64,000 bases of DNA from Eledone cirrhosa (GCA_964016885.1 CAXHJY010000503.1:29290-93289), one strand, 5' to 3'; numbered from the stretch's first letter, positions 1-12,732 are shown. Translations and numbers: made by a program. The notes: generated from the sequence alone by a model not told the origin.

Positions 1-32
1 ATTACATTTATATTATATATTACTGATATTCA

Positions 33-243
33 GGGCGGTGGATTAGCAGTATCAGTAGAGCGTCAGACACCATGCTTTGCAGCATAAAGTTATGACCCTT
101 TACGTTCTGAGTTCAAATCCGGCCGAGGTTAGCTTTGCCTTTCATCCTTACGAGGTTGATAAAATAAAGTACCAGTAACGCACTGGGGTCGATTTAATCG
201 ACTTTCCCTTCCCCATAATTGATGGCCTTGTGCCTAAATCAGA
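33..243 (+). mobile_element. tRNA-derived SINE, major family
   Basis: Head GGCGGTGGATT(G/A)GCAGTATC..GAGTTCAAATCC (B-box), central GCCTTTCATCCTTACG(A/G)GGT(C/T)GATAAAATAAAGTACCAG, tail GGCCTTGTGCC. About 30 copies in the window. Confidence 0.85.
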
Positions 244-841
244 TTACGTTATGTTGCCACTCCGACTTTCGCAGATTGCCGTGATCAGTGCAATTCGTGA
301 ATCGCAGAGTAGCAACAGTAATATTATAAATATATTATAGCCTTTACTTTGCCATTGACCCTTTTTCCTTGTGTTTATAAGCTCAAACGTATGGATGCAT
401 AGGTACCAACACACTCAAATATCTATATATCTATATGTTGCATACGTTTCCCTATATAAATACATACACATTCCTTATGCGTTTGTGTGTATATATACAT
501 ATGTGTGTATGTGTGTGTGTGCGTCTGCGTGTGAGTATCTGTGTGAGTATCTGTGTGTGTGTGTCTGTTTGCGTGTTTATTTACAAATAGAACCCCAATC
601 ATCATATATCTTTAAACGAAACCTGACACTGCAGATTTTCCCTCCATTTTCATTTTCTCTCCGGAAAAAAGAAACAAAAGTGGAGAAAATATCGATTACT
701 TTCTTACTGAGATAAAAAAAAAAAAATTCTTAAAATCTCAGGTATACTTCACTTTAGTCTTTCTTTTCTTTTCGAACAATTCTTTTATATGACTATAAAT
801 CCTATAATTCTTTCTAATCCAGTGTATCATTCATTGTTTAG

Positions 842-879
<38 letters not shown>

Positions 880-1489
880 AAACAACAACAACAACAACAA
901 CAACAATAATAAATAATGATAATAATAATAATAATCATGATAATAATAGTAATAATAATAAAAATGATTAAAAAAAAAAATGAAAATGGAAGAAAGCAGA
1001 CGACCGACGTTTATCGAAACGTTTCAATTGACTTGGATATATCGGCTGGGAACCGAACAGATTTTACCTTTCCCAAAATATAATTTCCAGTAATGTACTT
1101 GCATTGCGAAGGAGATCTAATGATCTATACGTCTGAAAATCTATATAGAGCTTTGTAACAAGAGATATTAAGCTTTCTGTCTATCGCTCTCTAGATTACA
1201 AATAGAAGACGCCAAAACAACGATAATCTAGAGCTAAATTAAATACAGTTCATATTTTTGTTGTCTTGCATTCCCAGGGTCCAGAAAATTGGTAAATTTT
1301 TCTTAGCCGATATATATATATATAAATACTTGCATGCATGCATATATACATACATATATACATATATATACATACATACACACACATACATACATACATA
1401 TGTACATACGTATGTTAAACATACTTATTTACGTATGTATGTACACACAGACACAGACACACACACACAGACCCGCATATATATATATA

Positions 1490-1590
1490 CAGGGTTACGC
1501 CCCAAAATGTATACACACTTCAACCGCATTCTGATAAATATTGCCTGTACAGGTAATCAAAGTGTGTATACATTTGGTTGGGACACCCTG
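1490..1590. mobile_element. Tc1/mariner-type MITE
   Basis: TIRs CAGGGT..AAATGTATACACACTT at both ends, flanked by TA. Confidence 0.75.
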
Positions 1591-1606
1591 TATATATACA
1601 TATATA

Positions 1607-1660
<54 letters not shown>

Positions 1661-1664
<4 letters not shown>

Positions 1665-1862
1665 AAAAGGTATGACTCCGACGGCAGAGCTCAAGCCGTG
1701 GCGACGGCTATTTCTGGGTTATTTGGGTCCAGAAATAGCCGTCGAAACGGCTTGAGCTCTGCCGTCGGGGTCATACCTTTTCCTATTACCCACTCTACTA
1801 CCCTAAGTATTGGGTACTCTGGTGCGTTATGGTCCACCTGGTTCCTTACCACAATTCATTCG

Positions 1863-1864
<2 letters not shown>
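1661..1864 (+). mobile_element. Fold-back element family B (hammerhead 3' half) in (TA)n
   Basis: Hairpin at 1661-1785. GAAA CGGC-TTGAGCTCT-GCCG TC GGGGTC at 1744-1772 fits stem III plus a GUC triplet. The tail TATTACCCACTCTACTACC..GGTTCCTTACCACA runs into (TA)n. Confidence 0.7.
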
Positions 1865-1908
<44 letters not shown>

Positions 1909-2909
1909 ATATACATACATTTTAGTAAGTAAGTTAATTTTTATAATTTTCTTATTTTACGTCTTTCATATAATTGTTCTGCATCCCCTTGCATTGAACC
2001 ACAAAGTTACTAAGACAAAACCTATATATTTGCTAGCGTAGGTATGCATCTGTATATATATGTTGGTAGATATACTAATTCTTTATAATTATCTCCAAAT
2101 TATTTTGTTGAGCAAACATTTGCCAAAACTGCTACTATAGTTCATAGTAATAGTTCGGCTACTGTCTTCTTAACACCCCACTCCTCACTGATTAACCTCG
2201 ATGTCACGTGATTGATTCTTTTGAATTTGCCACCGACCAAGTAGGCAGGGATTTTTTCAATGTCTTGGAATTTAGTCCACGCTTGCTTTTTTCCATCCAC
2301 TGAATTGTTTTGTATAAGTTCCCTGTGTCCACGCATCGCCTGGGAACTTAGCTGAGAATAGACTCCCTGATGACGAAAGGCCTTCTCCATGCGTTCCATT
2401 CGGAAACCATGTTTATTCTCTTTCAGAAACTAATTAGTTGGAGTCAAATTTTAGTAAGTAAGTTAATTTTTATAATTTTCTTATTTTACGTCTTTCATAT
2501 ACATACATATATATATTCATATATACATACCTGCGCATATATATGCATTAATACACATACACACAGGGGGCATGGGAAGAGTCCTTAGGAGGTCGCATAG
2601 AATACCTTGCGGTATATGGTTTGGAACTCTGTGAACTATGATCAAGTCACGCGGAGATCAATTTTATCTTTAATTCTACAGCGGCCAAGAAATAAAATAC
2701 CAATCACATATTGGTTGATTCTGTATACTCCCAGAGTCGGCTACGTTCTACACAGAAGAGGGCACGTAGTACATCTCTCTGCAGAAATGGATAACCTTTC
2801 AGCTATGTACCACAGTATTCTTATATTAAAAAAATTGATATGCTACTTGAAATGTCCAAGAACGGACTAATGTGCAGCACAACCTGGAATGGAAATAAAG
2901 ATACAAAGA

Positions 2910-2967
<58 letters not shown>

Positions 2968-2973
<6 letters not shown>

Positions 2974-3085
2974 TTGGTTCCTTTACCGGTTTCGCAGTTC
3001 TTCTGCTTTTCAAAAGTAGAGTTGAGATGGAGGGTCTGTGGTTTTTCTCACATCAGAAGAACTGCGAAACCGGTAAAGGAACCAA

Positions 3086-3092
<7 letters not shown>
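2968..3092. mobile_element. Fold-back hammerhead element family C in (TA)n
   Basis: Inverted arms (TTTATTTGGTTCCTTTACCGGTTTCGCAGTTCTTCTG and its reverse complement at 3054-3090) between long (TA)n tracts. Confidence 0.7.
2981..3016 (-). ncRNA. Minimal hammerhead ribozyme with U3-A8 core variant (family C)
   Basis: Minus strand reads CTT TTGAAAA GCAG-AAGAA-CTGC GAAA CCGG TA AAG: stem I CTT/AAG, 4-bp stem II, palindromic stem III ACCGGT, GUA triplet. Confidence 0.7.
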
Positions 3093-3173
<81 letters not shown>

Positions 3174-3249
3174 CAGAGATGTGCATATATTTATGTATGT
3201 ATGTATATTTTTATATGTATATATATATGTGTGTGTGTGTGTGTATTTC

Positions 3250-3445
3250 CTTTTCTCACTAGTCAGTTCTTTCGTTGCTACAGATCACGCGGCTAAATTA
3301 CCGGTCGCTATTTACAATTTGCTGAGCCCTTTTAAACTGTATGTTATTACTCTGGCGTCTATACCTTGTCGAGTGCTTGGCTCCACTACTGAAGGCATTC
3401 GTTGGCTTGGCTGCTGATCGAACTTCGAATATGCTGTACTATTGT
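3250..3445. repeat. Diverged microsatellite-flanked repeat
   Basis: Colinear, diverged similarity to ~43510-43705 (TTTCGTTGCT..GCGGCTA..TATTACTCTGG..GAGTGCT..GCTTGGC..ATGCTGTACTA). Confidence 0.55.
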
Positions 3446-3448
3446 ATA

Positions 3449-3493
<45 letters not shown>

Positions 3494-4805
3494 GTAGAAC
3501 ACTGGAAGGTAATATCCGTAGTAGTAGAGTACTCAGTCCATGGGACGAGTTAGGTAGAAGTGGTAACACATATATATATATAGAGTGCTGCTGTTAATTA
3601 AATCTAGCCTGTCAAGTCTGCACTACACACACACACACACACACACACATGCGCGCGCGCGCACACACACACACACACACTGATGTCCAGATTCCATAAC
3701 CAGATGACAGTCTTGCTTTCTCACAACATTGCGAGAGGCAGACGTTATACTTCTTACATAAAGATCTAGTATATACTTTCATAACCTAGGACTTAAGATA
3801 ACAGTAGAACAGTAGACATTAACTTAAACAAGGCATATTTCCTAGATGTAATATTTGACTTTTCACAAACCCTTCCACAAACTGAACGAAAAACGTGGAT
3901 ATATGAATGAAAAATTCTGCGATACCTTTAGTTTTTGAAAACCTTATTATCAATATTACCGCAGAATTTCTAATCTATACTCTTCTAAAATCATATTTGC
4001 TAAGCCAATACGGCTCTAGATCGTACCGCCAAAGACAAGATTTACCTCACCTCTCCTATCCACTACCAAAAGACCCAAGAACATGCCCCAAAAATACATT
4101 TTGTTCTTCTTTCTCCTTTTCTATTAAAATTAAGGCTTTAAAAAGTAAGCTATTCCCAGGCATTTTCAACTGATATAGTAAAATCTTCACTAGACGTCCT
4201 GTTAACATCAGCCTTTTTTTATGTCCATAACATAGTATCTTTTATAACATCTTACTCTTTTTAAAAGAAAACCCAGGTTATTCATGCAGAAAGCAGGCAG
4301 AATGCTTATTAGATCAGGCACAAAATATTGAATCGTATACTAGGCCGAAATCACATCAGATATGTCTAACCAAACAATAGGTTGGTTTATACGTTAAATA
4401 TTTGATTGGCTGAAGGAAACTTTAAACAGCGGTAGCACACCCATGTGTCATTTCTCAAACAGGCTGATATAAGAACCTTCATTGTTTTATTGAGACTCGT
4501 AAGGCATCCGAAGACAGGAAAATAGAGTGCTCTTAAAAACCCTGAAGTCAGCATTAACGAATCCAGAAGATGCAGCCTTTGCACCAATGAAAATTTCAAA
4601 AGTAATGCCTATCTTCGGTGCTGGAGCTTCGATATCTGTATGTCCAGTTGCATGAACAATTGATTATACAGTTAAGTATACCTATCTAGAGATACAGAAA
4701 AACACGTACACTAAATATGAACTTAGTCAATCTGTCCGTTGTTACACAATTGAATCAGATACTACACTATTTTACAATTGACTATAAAGGGATGTAATCT
4801 ATATC

Positions 4806-5140
4806 AGTGGCGGCGAATTGGCAGAGTCGTTAGAACGTCAGATTGCGGTATTCGTCCCAGCTCTCTGCTCTCTGAGTTCAAATCCCGCCGAGGTCAACTT
4901 TGCCTTTCAGCCTTTCGACGTCGATAAAAAAAAGTACCAGTCTAGTACTGGGTAGATTCTTCCTTTATATCTCTTTCTCATTTCATCTCTCTCACTTTCT
5001 ATCTTTTTCTGGAAGAAATCTGCTGTACTCAGGCCGGGAGAGGAGATGGGCTCCGCCATGCTTAAAAATGCCCTAGAAATGCCATATGCCAATACGACAT
5101 CCCTACGACTCCCTCGGGAGTTACAGTACCATGCCATGTC
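4806..5140 (+). mobile_element. SINE with extended 3' segment shared with 19628-19945
   Basis: SINE head and core followed by GATTCTTCCT..TCAGGCC..GATGGGCTCCGC..CTTAAAA, also seen at 19790-19945. Confidence 0.65.
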
Positions 5141-5706
5141 AATCTCTATAATATATAATCTATATATTTATATAGTCTAATAAATTGATAAGCTAATGGA
5201 ATTGGTCACTCATTAGTGGATGTATCAAAGGGCGATGTATTGTATTATTTTATAGATAAGGGCAATAGAACAAAGTTCATTGTTTGGTTGTGGAAAACAT
5301 GAAATCAACTTTGTGAAATATCGAACCACCTGTGAAATACGACGATGTGCTTGAAACTCTATAACACTTGATTTATGAATTGAAAACCAATCGGGACAGT
5401 TTTTTTAAGTAGCAATTATATGCTGGTCTTGAGTTAACAAGAAGACGTTCCCGGCGTTACCATCCGTCATTTTGAATGTCTACAACTATAGTTTCCAATG
5501 TAGCTTTCTTTGTTTTAAGACGTTGTAATCTTATTTGAAGGTATTTGGCTGCTATTTCTAGAAAGTACAGGGACAGTGTAATATATTACTTTTATGTGCA
5601 TCATGTACACTACACATACATGTATATTCCTGTAACCCATACATAAGTAATATGTATTTAGCACTTATAATTAAGATAACATTTCATATCTAACATGTGC
5701 CTATTA

Positions 5707-5886
5707 TTGGCAGTATCGGTAGAGGGTTGGACGCCATGCTTTCCAGCATAGTTACGTCCCTTTACGATCTGAGTTCAAATCCCGCCGAGGTTAACTTTGC
5801 CTTTCATCCTTACGGGGTCGATAAAATAAAGTACCAGTAATTTACTGGATAATTACTGGCCTTGTGCCAAAAATGGAAATAATTAT
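5707..5886 (+). mobile_element. tRNA-derived SINE, major family
   Basis: Matches the family consensus. Confidence 0.8.
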
Positions 5887-6311
5887 TACCATCTTTGTAT
5901 GAGCCGAAATGTATGCACAAATCACACAAATGTAATAGGAAAGTGTGAAAAATTTATTACACAAATAAAATTAGATGCTGTAATTTCCATTTATTGTATT
6001 TTTCATCAGAAAAATCCTTGTGGTTCCTATACTATTATTAAGTGATATACTATTATTAAGTGATATAAGTGGGTAATTGCTGGCCTTGCGCGAAAAGTAG
6101 AAACAATTATTGAGTGATATATTAGATAAGATAATATATTTTGATAACATTTGAACTTACGAAGCATTGGGAAATTTGAAATTTGAAAATATCTCGCGAG
6201 AGATGCGTGGTTCGTTTCTCCGCAGACGTCTCTGTCCCCTTTTTTTCTGTCTGCATGGGTACTTTACTCGATTTACTCAACTATGATTTATAGTTAGCAA
6301 CTTTTATTATA

Positions 6312-6492
6312 GTCGGTGGATTAGCAGTATCGGTAGAGTGTCGGACACCATGCTTTGACGCATAGAGTTACGGCCCTTGCCATTCTGAGTTCAAATCCCG
6401 CCGAGGTTAACTTTGCCTTTCATCCTTACGGGATCGATAAAATAATGTACTGGGTAATTGCTGGCATTGTGCCAAAAGTAGAAACAATTATT
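6312..6492 (+). mobile_element. tRNA-derived SINE, major family
   Basis: Matches the family consensus. Confidence 0.8.
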
Positions 6493-6721
6493 ATAGTTAT
6501 CTGCATTTTGGTGACAATATTTTCAAGTAAGTTGTTAGTTTTGTTCGAGCAAACGCAACACATAATCGTTAATTTCGCAGTATGCATTTCATATATTTAT
6601 GATGCGTTCAGCGCGAGTTTGGTGTAACAAGAACAAGTATTAAATATCAGGGTCGATAAAATAAAGTAAATCCATCGATCGATTCCTGGGGTCGATTTTA
6701 TTGACTAACTCCGTCCCCGAA

Positions 6722-7230
6722 ATATCTGGCCTTGTACCTACGTTTGAAATTATTACACAAAATCAGATTTGGAATTACACAACCGTCCAACCCATGCTAA
6801 CGTGGAAGATGGACGTTAAACGATGATAATGATGATGATGATAATAATGATGATGATGATGATGGATCAATTTTACATTAAAACATTTCTGGTCTTGTAC
6901 CTACGTTTGAAATTACTACACAAAATGAGATTTGAAATTACACAAGTATGGATCAATTTTACATTAAAACATTTCTGGCCTTGTACCTACGTTTGAAATT
7001 ACTACACAAAATCAGATTTGATATTACACAAGTATGGATCAATTTTACATTAAAATATTTCTGGTCTTGTACATTCGTTTGAAATTATTACACAAAATGA
7101 GATTTAGAAATTCAGAAACAGGGATCAACTTCACGTTGAAATATGTTTACTCTTGTTCCTATTTTTGAAATTACAACACAAAATTAGATCTAGAACTACA
7201 CAAGCAGAGATCAACCGCACGTTAAAATAT
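6722..7230 (+). repeat. ~86-bp minisatellite beginning with a SINE tail
   Basis: The unit ATTTCTGG(C/T)CTTGTACCTACGTTTGAAATTA..CACAAAAT.AGATTTG..GGATCAATTTTACATTAAAA starts at ~6722, 6885, 6971, 7057 and 7143. Confidence 0.8.
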
Positions 7231-7279
7231 CACTGTCACATAGTGATAAATAAATGCTTTGCTAGAGATTTCGAAAGTA

Positions 7280-7643
7280 CCGTATTTGCTGACCTATTGG
7301 ATGCACTTTCGTATAAGACGCACCCTGGTTTTACAAGGACATTTTGAGGGAAAAAAAGAATCTCAGTAGATTTCTTTATAAATTTATTAAAAATGATTCC
7401 ATTGTTTTTTCAGAAACTCTTATATAAGTTCGACATCATTGTACTTATATAAATTGTATTGTAATACAATTTATATAAACCGCATCAGCAATACAATAGG
7501 AATACAAACTAATTTTTTTTCAACCCATGATTGTCCTCACTCTCCGTCGACCTCCCATCAGTAATAAGAGCGTATTGGACACTCGGAGGATTTTAAAATG
7601 TTTTTTGAGAAAAAAAGTGCGTCCAATAGGCCGGCCAATACGG
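7280..7643. mobile_element. Tc1/mariner (pogo-like) MITE
   Basis: TA|CCGTATTTGCTGACCTATTGGATGCAC ... GTGCGTCCAATAGGCCGGCCAATACGG|TA imperfect TIRs. Confidence 0.7.
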
Positions 7644-7781
7644 TAATTTAGAAGTGTAGATAAAGAAATATAAATGGATGCTTCTAAAACTCGCAAATAG
7701 TTCCACAGAAACATTAAATCAACAACAAATATATCATAATGTAATGATTTCCTCCTGAAACGTACTTCTTTCAGAGTGCCG

Positions 7782-8109
7782 TACTCTCGGGTTCCAAATA
7801 ATAGGAGGTGGTGGAATAAGCGGGAGGGCTGTTGGAATAATCGGTAATTTTTCAACGTTGATCCCCTTGATATTTTTAGAAACCAGAATTAGTCGTTTAG
7901 TTTACATATTGAGACCCTAACCGATCCCATTTATTTTATAATGTATGGGATTTCTAGTAATGTACCTTCTTGTCATGTATGTTTTTTAATGTCTAAAGAA
8001 AATTAAATTTGGCAGGTGATAGAATAGCTAAATTGGATAAGCGTATGGAGGGTCTGAAAAATTAATAAGGAGGTGGTGGGGGGCGTCGATTATTCGAGAC
8101 CCGAGAATA
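7782..8109. mobile_element. MITE family with TACTCTCGGGT..AATAAT TIRs
   Basis: TIRs plus a shared internal CCAGAATTAGTCGTTTAGTTTACATATTGAGAC; three copies in the window. Confidence 0.75.
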
Positions 8110-8962
8110 AGTTCCAATATCTCTGTTGTAGCTTCTAAAACAGCTGCCACATGTGCTTATATACTCACAAATGTATTGAATAAACAAAGCCAGCACAGAC
8201 CGATGCGAATTTGATAGTTCTCTCCCTTTAACTGCCAGTATTAGCTAATATTCATGTCGTGGCTATTCTTATTAGTGTTCATACTATTTTTATTTAGCAT
8301 TATTTTCATCGAGGTTAACTTTGCTTTTCATCCATACGGGGTCGATAAAATAAAGTACCAGTAATGCACTTAGGATAATTGCTGGCCTTGTGCCAAAAGT
8401 AGAAACAATTATTTTCATTGAATATGGATATTCTATGTACTTTAACCCGTTTGATATCAAACTTCCTGAAACCGCACTTGGTTCTACGATATAAAACTGA
8501 ATTCATATTTCTAAAAACCTTCAATCATTGGTGAAAAAGTAAAGCAAAAGATCGTTAAATTGACGAAGAGGGAGGAGGAGGGGGAGAATAATAATAATAA
8601 TAAGAAGAAGAAGAACAACAACAACAATAGCAACATCAACGATGGCGACAACAAATATATCTTGTTAGTAAATTGGTTGGTGCAATGTATAAAATGCCCA
8701 GATCGATAAATTAGTACCAGTGATTGGGTCGCTAATTCTATATCGTTCCTCTCGTTTTTTCTCTCTTCTCTCTCGTTTCTTTATCCCCTCCTCTCTCTTC
8801 CTCTCACTCTCCTGCTTGCCTTTCTTCCTCTCTTTCTCGCTCTCCTCTCTCCTCGTTCACTTGCTCATCCCTCTTTCGCCGTTTCCTTTCTCTATTCTTC
8901 CTAGCTCTAGCTCTCGTCACTTTCTTCCTTCCTTCCTTTGTTTCTTTGTTTCTTTCTTCTTT

Positions 8963-8994
<32 letters not shown>

Positions 8995-9631
8995 TTATAT
9001 TTCTTTCTTTCCTTCTTTCTTTCTATTTTTGTCTCTCTATTCCATCTATCTCTTGTTCACTTCTGCCCCCTCTCTATTTCTCTCTCTATTTCTTCTATCT
9101 CTTGCTCTCCTCATCCTCTTTCTTTTTCTCTATCTCTCTCTCTCTATCGCTCTCCCTTTGTCTCTGTCTCTCTCTCTATCTCCCTCTCTCTTTTTCACAC
9201 ACACTCCACCCTCTCTCAATCGGTTATGTTATGGCATGAAGAAGGTCGGTCATGGCTGGCCACTCACAACATCATTTTCTCCAGAAATATACAAGAGATA
9301 GTGTTGGGGAAACGCCATCTCATCTCACTGTTGAAGCACAGTCACATTCGACGATGAGTGTTCAGTTATTTGATCAATATCCTGCTCGTGAAATTAACGT
9401 GTAAGTAGCTAAGCATTCAACAGACATGTATCTACTTAACATAATTCTCAGTGAGATTCAATGTGTCACAGTGTGGAACATGGCTGACCCTTTGAAATAG
9501 AGATACAACTCATATTTGCCAGCTAGATGGACTGGAGCAACGTGAAATAAAGTGTTTTGCTCAATGACACGGCAAGCTGCCGTTAAATCGAACTCACAAT
9601 TTTACAGTTGTGAGCACAGATAATCTAACCA

Positions 9632-9917
<286 letters not shown>

Positions 9918-9930
9918 TTTATTATGGCTA

Positions 9931-10080
9931 AATAGTGAATCTTGTTTACTTTGGAGTTTCGTTTCGCCTGTTTATCACAAAGACATCAGAGAAGAACTCA
10001 CTATTTAGGCCGTAATGAAATGAACTCTACTTCGACATTAAGTACTCTTTTCTCTCAGTGGTCAACCGCATACGGATATA
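9931..10080. mobile_element. Family E copy with degenerate hammerhead
   Basis: Same AATAGTGAATCTTGT..TTTCGCCTGTTTATCACA..CATCAG arm and same 3' tail; the ribozyme core has indels. Confidence 0.65.
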
Positions 10081-10671
10081 TATATATTTATATGTATGCG
10101 TGTGCGTGTCTAATACCTGCGTCTGTAACTCCTTAAAATTTACGCATACAAACACACATCAAATTTATTTCCTATTTCAGTCATGTTGTTTCAATAAGAA
10201 GTTCGCTTCCCAATCACACGATCCTGGTTTCTAACCCTATACTTGTCCTTGTAAATAGTTATTTCCCCAAAGTTACTTATATTAAACCGGCATGCCATTT
10301 GTATATACGAGCGTATACGTTGACCATTTATCTAATTCTTCTTCGTCCACTTATTCCTGAGAGGGTCGTGGGGGCAGAGTCCTCAAACACTTCTTCCAGC
10401 GGGTCCTGTCAGAAGCAACCGTCTCCAACTGATCCGGCTGGATCCACAAACGTGAATTTATCTAATTATATCCTCGAAATAAATTATCAAAATATCATTT
10501 TGATCTTTAATCACTTCCACATACCAGTATTTAACATAAACTGTGAGGTTCTCTTATGTAAACACTTAATTTATAGAAAGGTTCAAATATGCAGTAATCC
10601 TGGTATATATGGTATACCAATCCTCGACTCCTACAACTAAATACATTCAACGATATAACCGTCACTATTGT

Positions 10672-10857
10672 GGTTGGCAGTATCGGTAGCGGGTCGGACG
10701 CCATGCTTTTCAGCATAGAGTTACGGCCCTTAATGGTCTGAGTTCAAATCCTGCCGAGGTTAACTTTGCCTTTCATCCTTACGGGGTCGATAAAATAAAG
10801 TACCAGTAATACACTGGGATAATTGCTGGCCTTGTGCCAAAAGCAGAAACAATTATT
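10672..10857 (+). mobile_element. tRNA-derived SINE, major family
   Basis: Matches the family consensus. Confidence 0.8.
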
Positions 10858-11215
10858 GGGTTACTGGCCCGTTTTTTTAAAATAAGAAATGCTTGATAAA
10901 TGTTTACCTATGTTGCTGAGAGAGTTAATGAAAAGTTTTCTAGAAATAGTAACCAAATCTTCCTCAAATTACGTGCTTCTGCCCAAGAGAAGTACACATT
11001 GGATGCCCTGCGCCTGGGAAAAAGACATATTGGTCTCAGCAGAATACCTTGTTTCATAGGTTTGGTCTCTAAGAACTCAACAACATATATGATGATAACA
11101 CTAGTAGATGGAACCCATTTACTCTAGAGAGCTTAAGCTATTTCTGAGCAAAGTGATTTGGTTATAAACATACAGCCTCGATCATCTAAGTCAAGTCAAC
11201 TTATGAAGTGAATAT

Positions 11216-11258
11216 GCTTCGCTGAAGAGATCTACTATGATCGAAACATGTTCGCAGC
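11216..11258 (+). ncRNA. Minimal type I hammerhead ribozyme
   Basis: GCTTCG CTGAAGA GATC-TACTAT-GATC GAAA CATG TT CGCAGC: stem I 5 of 6 pairs, perfect 4-bp stem II, palindromic stem III ACATGT, GUU triplet. Confidence 0.7.
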
Positions 11259-11709
11259 TTTCACCATTTTGGCTTCTAGTTAAGGTCTATTTCTACTGTC
11301 TTAAAAAATTTGAATCGGTCAATGAGAATTATCTTGCTTGCTTATTACTTTCACCGAAAAAGCCCTAAAGGGAGTTTCGGTCATAAAATTGCGACGATAG
11401 TCTCGATTAATTGGAGTTCTTTTCCCCGCGCACCATATTCCGACAGCGACACACAATTTGTATGTATGTAGCACTTCCATGAGGCATTTTCGTTCTAATC
11501 GTCTCTCTCTCTCTCACACACACACACGCACACAAATATATATATATATAAAGAAGTACGCTAGCAGCTGAAGTGTACGATAAAGTTATGTCCGTGTACA
11601 TACAGAGAGTGTGACCAAGGCTGCATCAATGTGTTATAAATATACACAAACTTAATATGTAGGCATGTGTACAATCCAGAAAATAAAATTTTCCTGTAAA
11701 TTAAAAAGC

Positions 11710-11774
11710 ATGATAAACACCTTTAATCGACTATCGGACCTAATTGGGCCCTCATCAGAATGTGTGCTTATCAT
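11710..11774 (-). ncRNA. Hammerhead ribozyme remnant (GAAA>GATA)
   Basis: Minus strand reads ATGATAAGCACACATT CTGATGA GGGCC-CAATTA-GGTCC GATA GTCGAT TA AAGGTGTTTATCAT, with an extended stem I and one core mutation. Confidence 0.65.
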
Positions 11775-12351
11775 CCAATCAACCACATGGAACATGTATT
11801 TCGTGGGCTTATATAACCATTCGTTCTAAGTATTAATCTGAAATGGATATACTAATTTGTATATAATTAGTGCTGGTGTTGGTAATTAATTTAGCAGCCG
11901 AAGTGTACGATAAAGATATCTGCATACATAGAATGTGTAACCGAGACTGTCCCAATGTGTATATATTCTTCTGCAGCCAATTCCGTCTCCAAGCAGATTT
12001 CATATCATGTTTACTAATGCGCAGCCATACACCGTGGCTGATACCTCTTGGTCAACTACAATGCTGAACAGGTGTAATTGCCGCGCATGCAGTGCATCTT
12101 TCAACTTCCATCTTTTTGACCGAGCTACAATTCGATGTCAAACAAAAACTCAAGTTAAGCGCTTGACATTTGGATTGTTGTAATTCTACCACAAGACATT
12201 GTGGCTGGCAGAAAATAATCTCTCGCATTCTATAAAAGGTTGATAAAGGATATGATCGACGATGGTCTAGGAACGATTCTCTTTTTTCTTTACTACTTTC
12301 AGGCTGGCGATAATGTTATCACTTGCTGGCTGGAAATATATATATATATAT

Positions 12352-12732
<381 letters not shown>

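Noticed and set aside
33-130. SINE heads as real tRNA genes
   Set aside because: They have A/B boxes but no consistent cloverleaf, are multicopy and are fused to a SINE body and tail.
2365-2390. CTGATGA-C-GAAA-GGCC-TT hammerhead-like string
   Set aside because: There is no room for stem II and no stem I pairing; likely chance.
6722-7230. CRISPR-like repeat array
   Set aside because: Whole units are repeated with no unique spacers, the context is eukaryotic and there are no cas genes.
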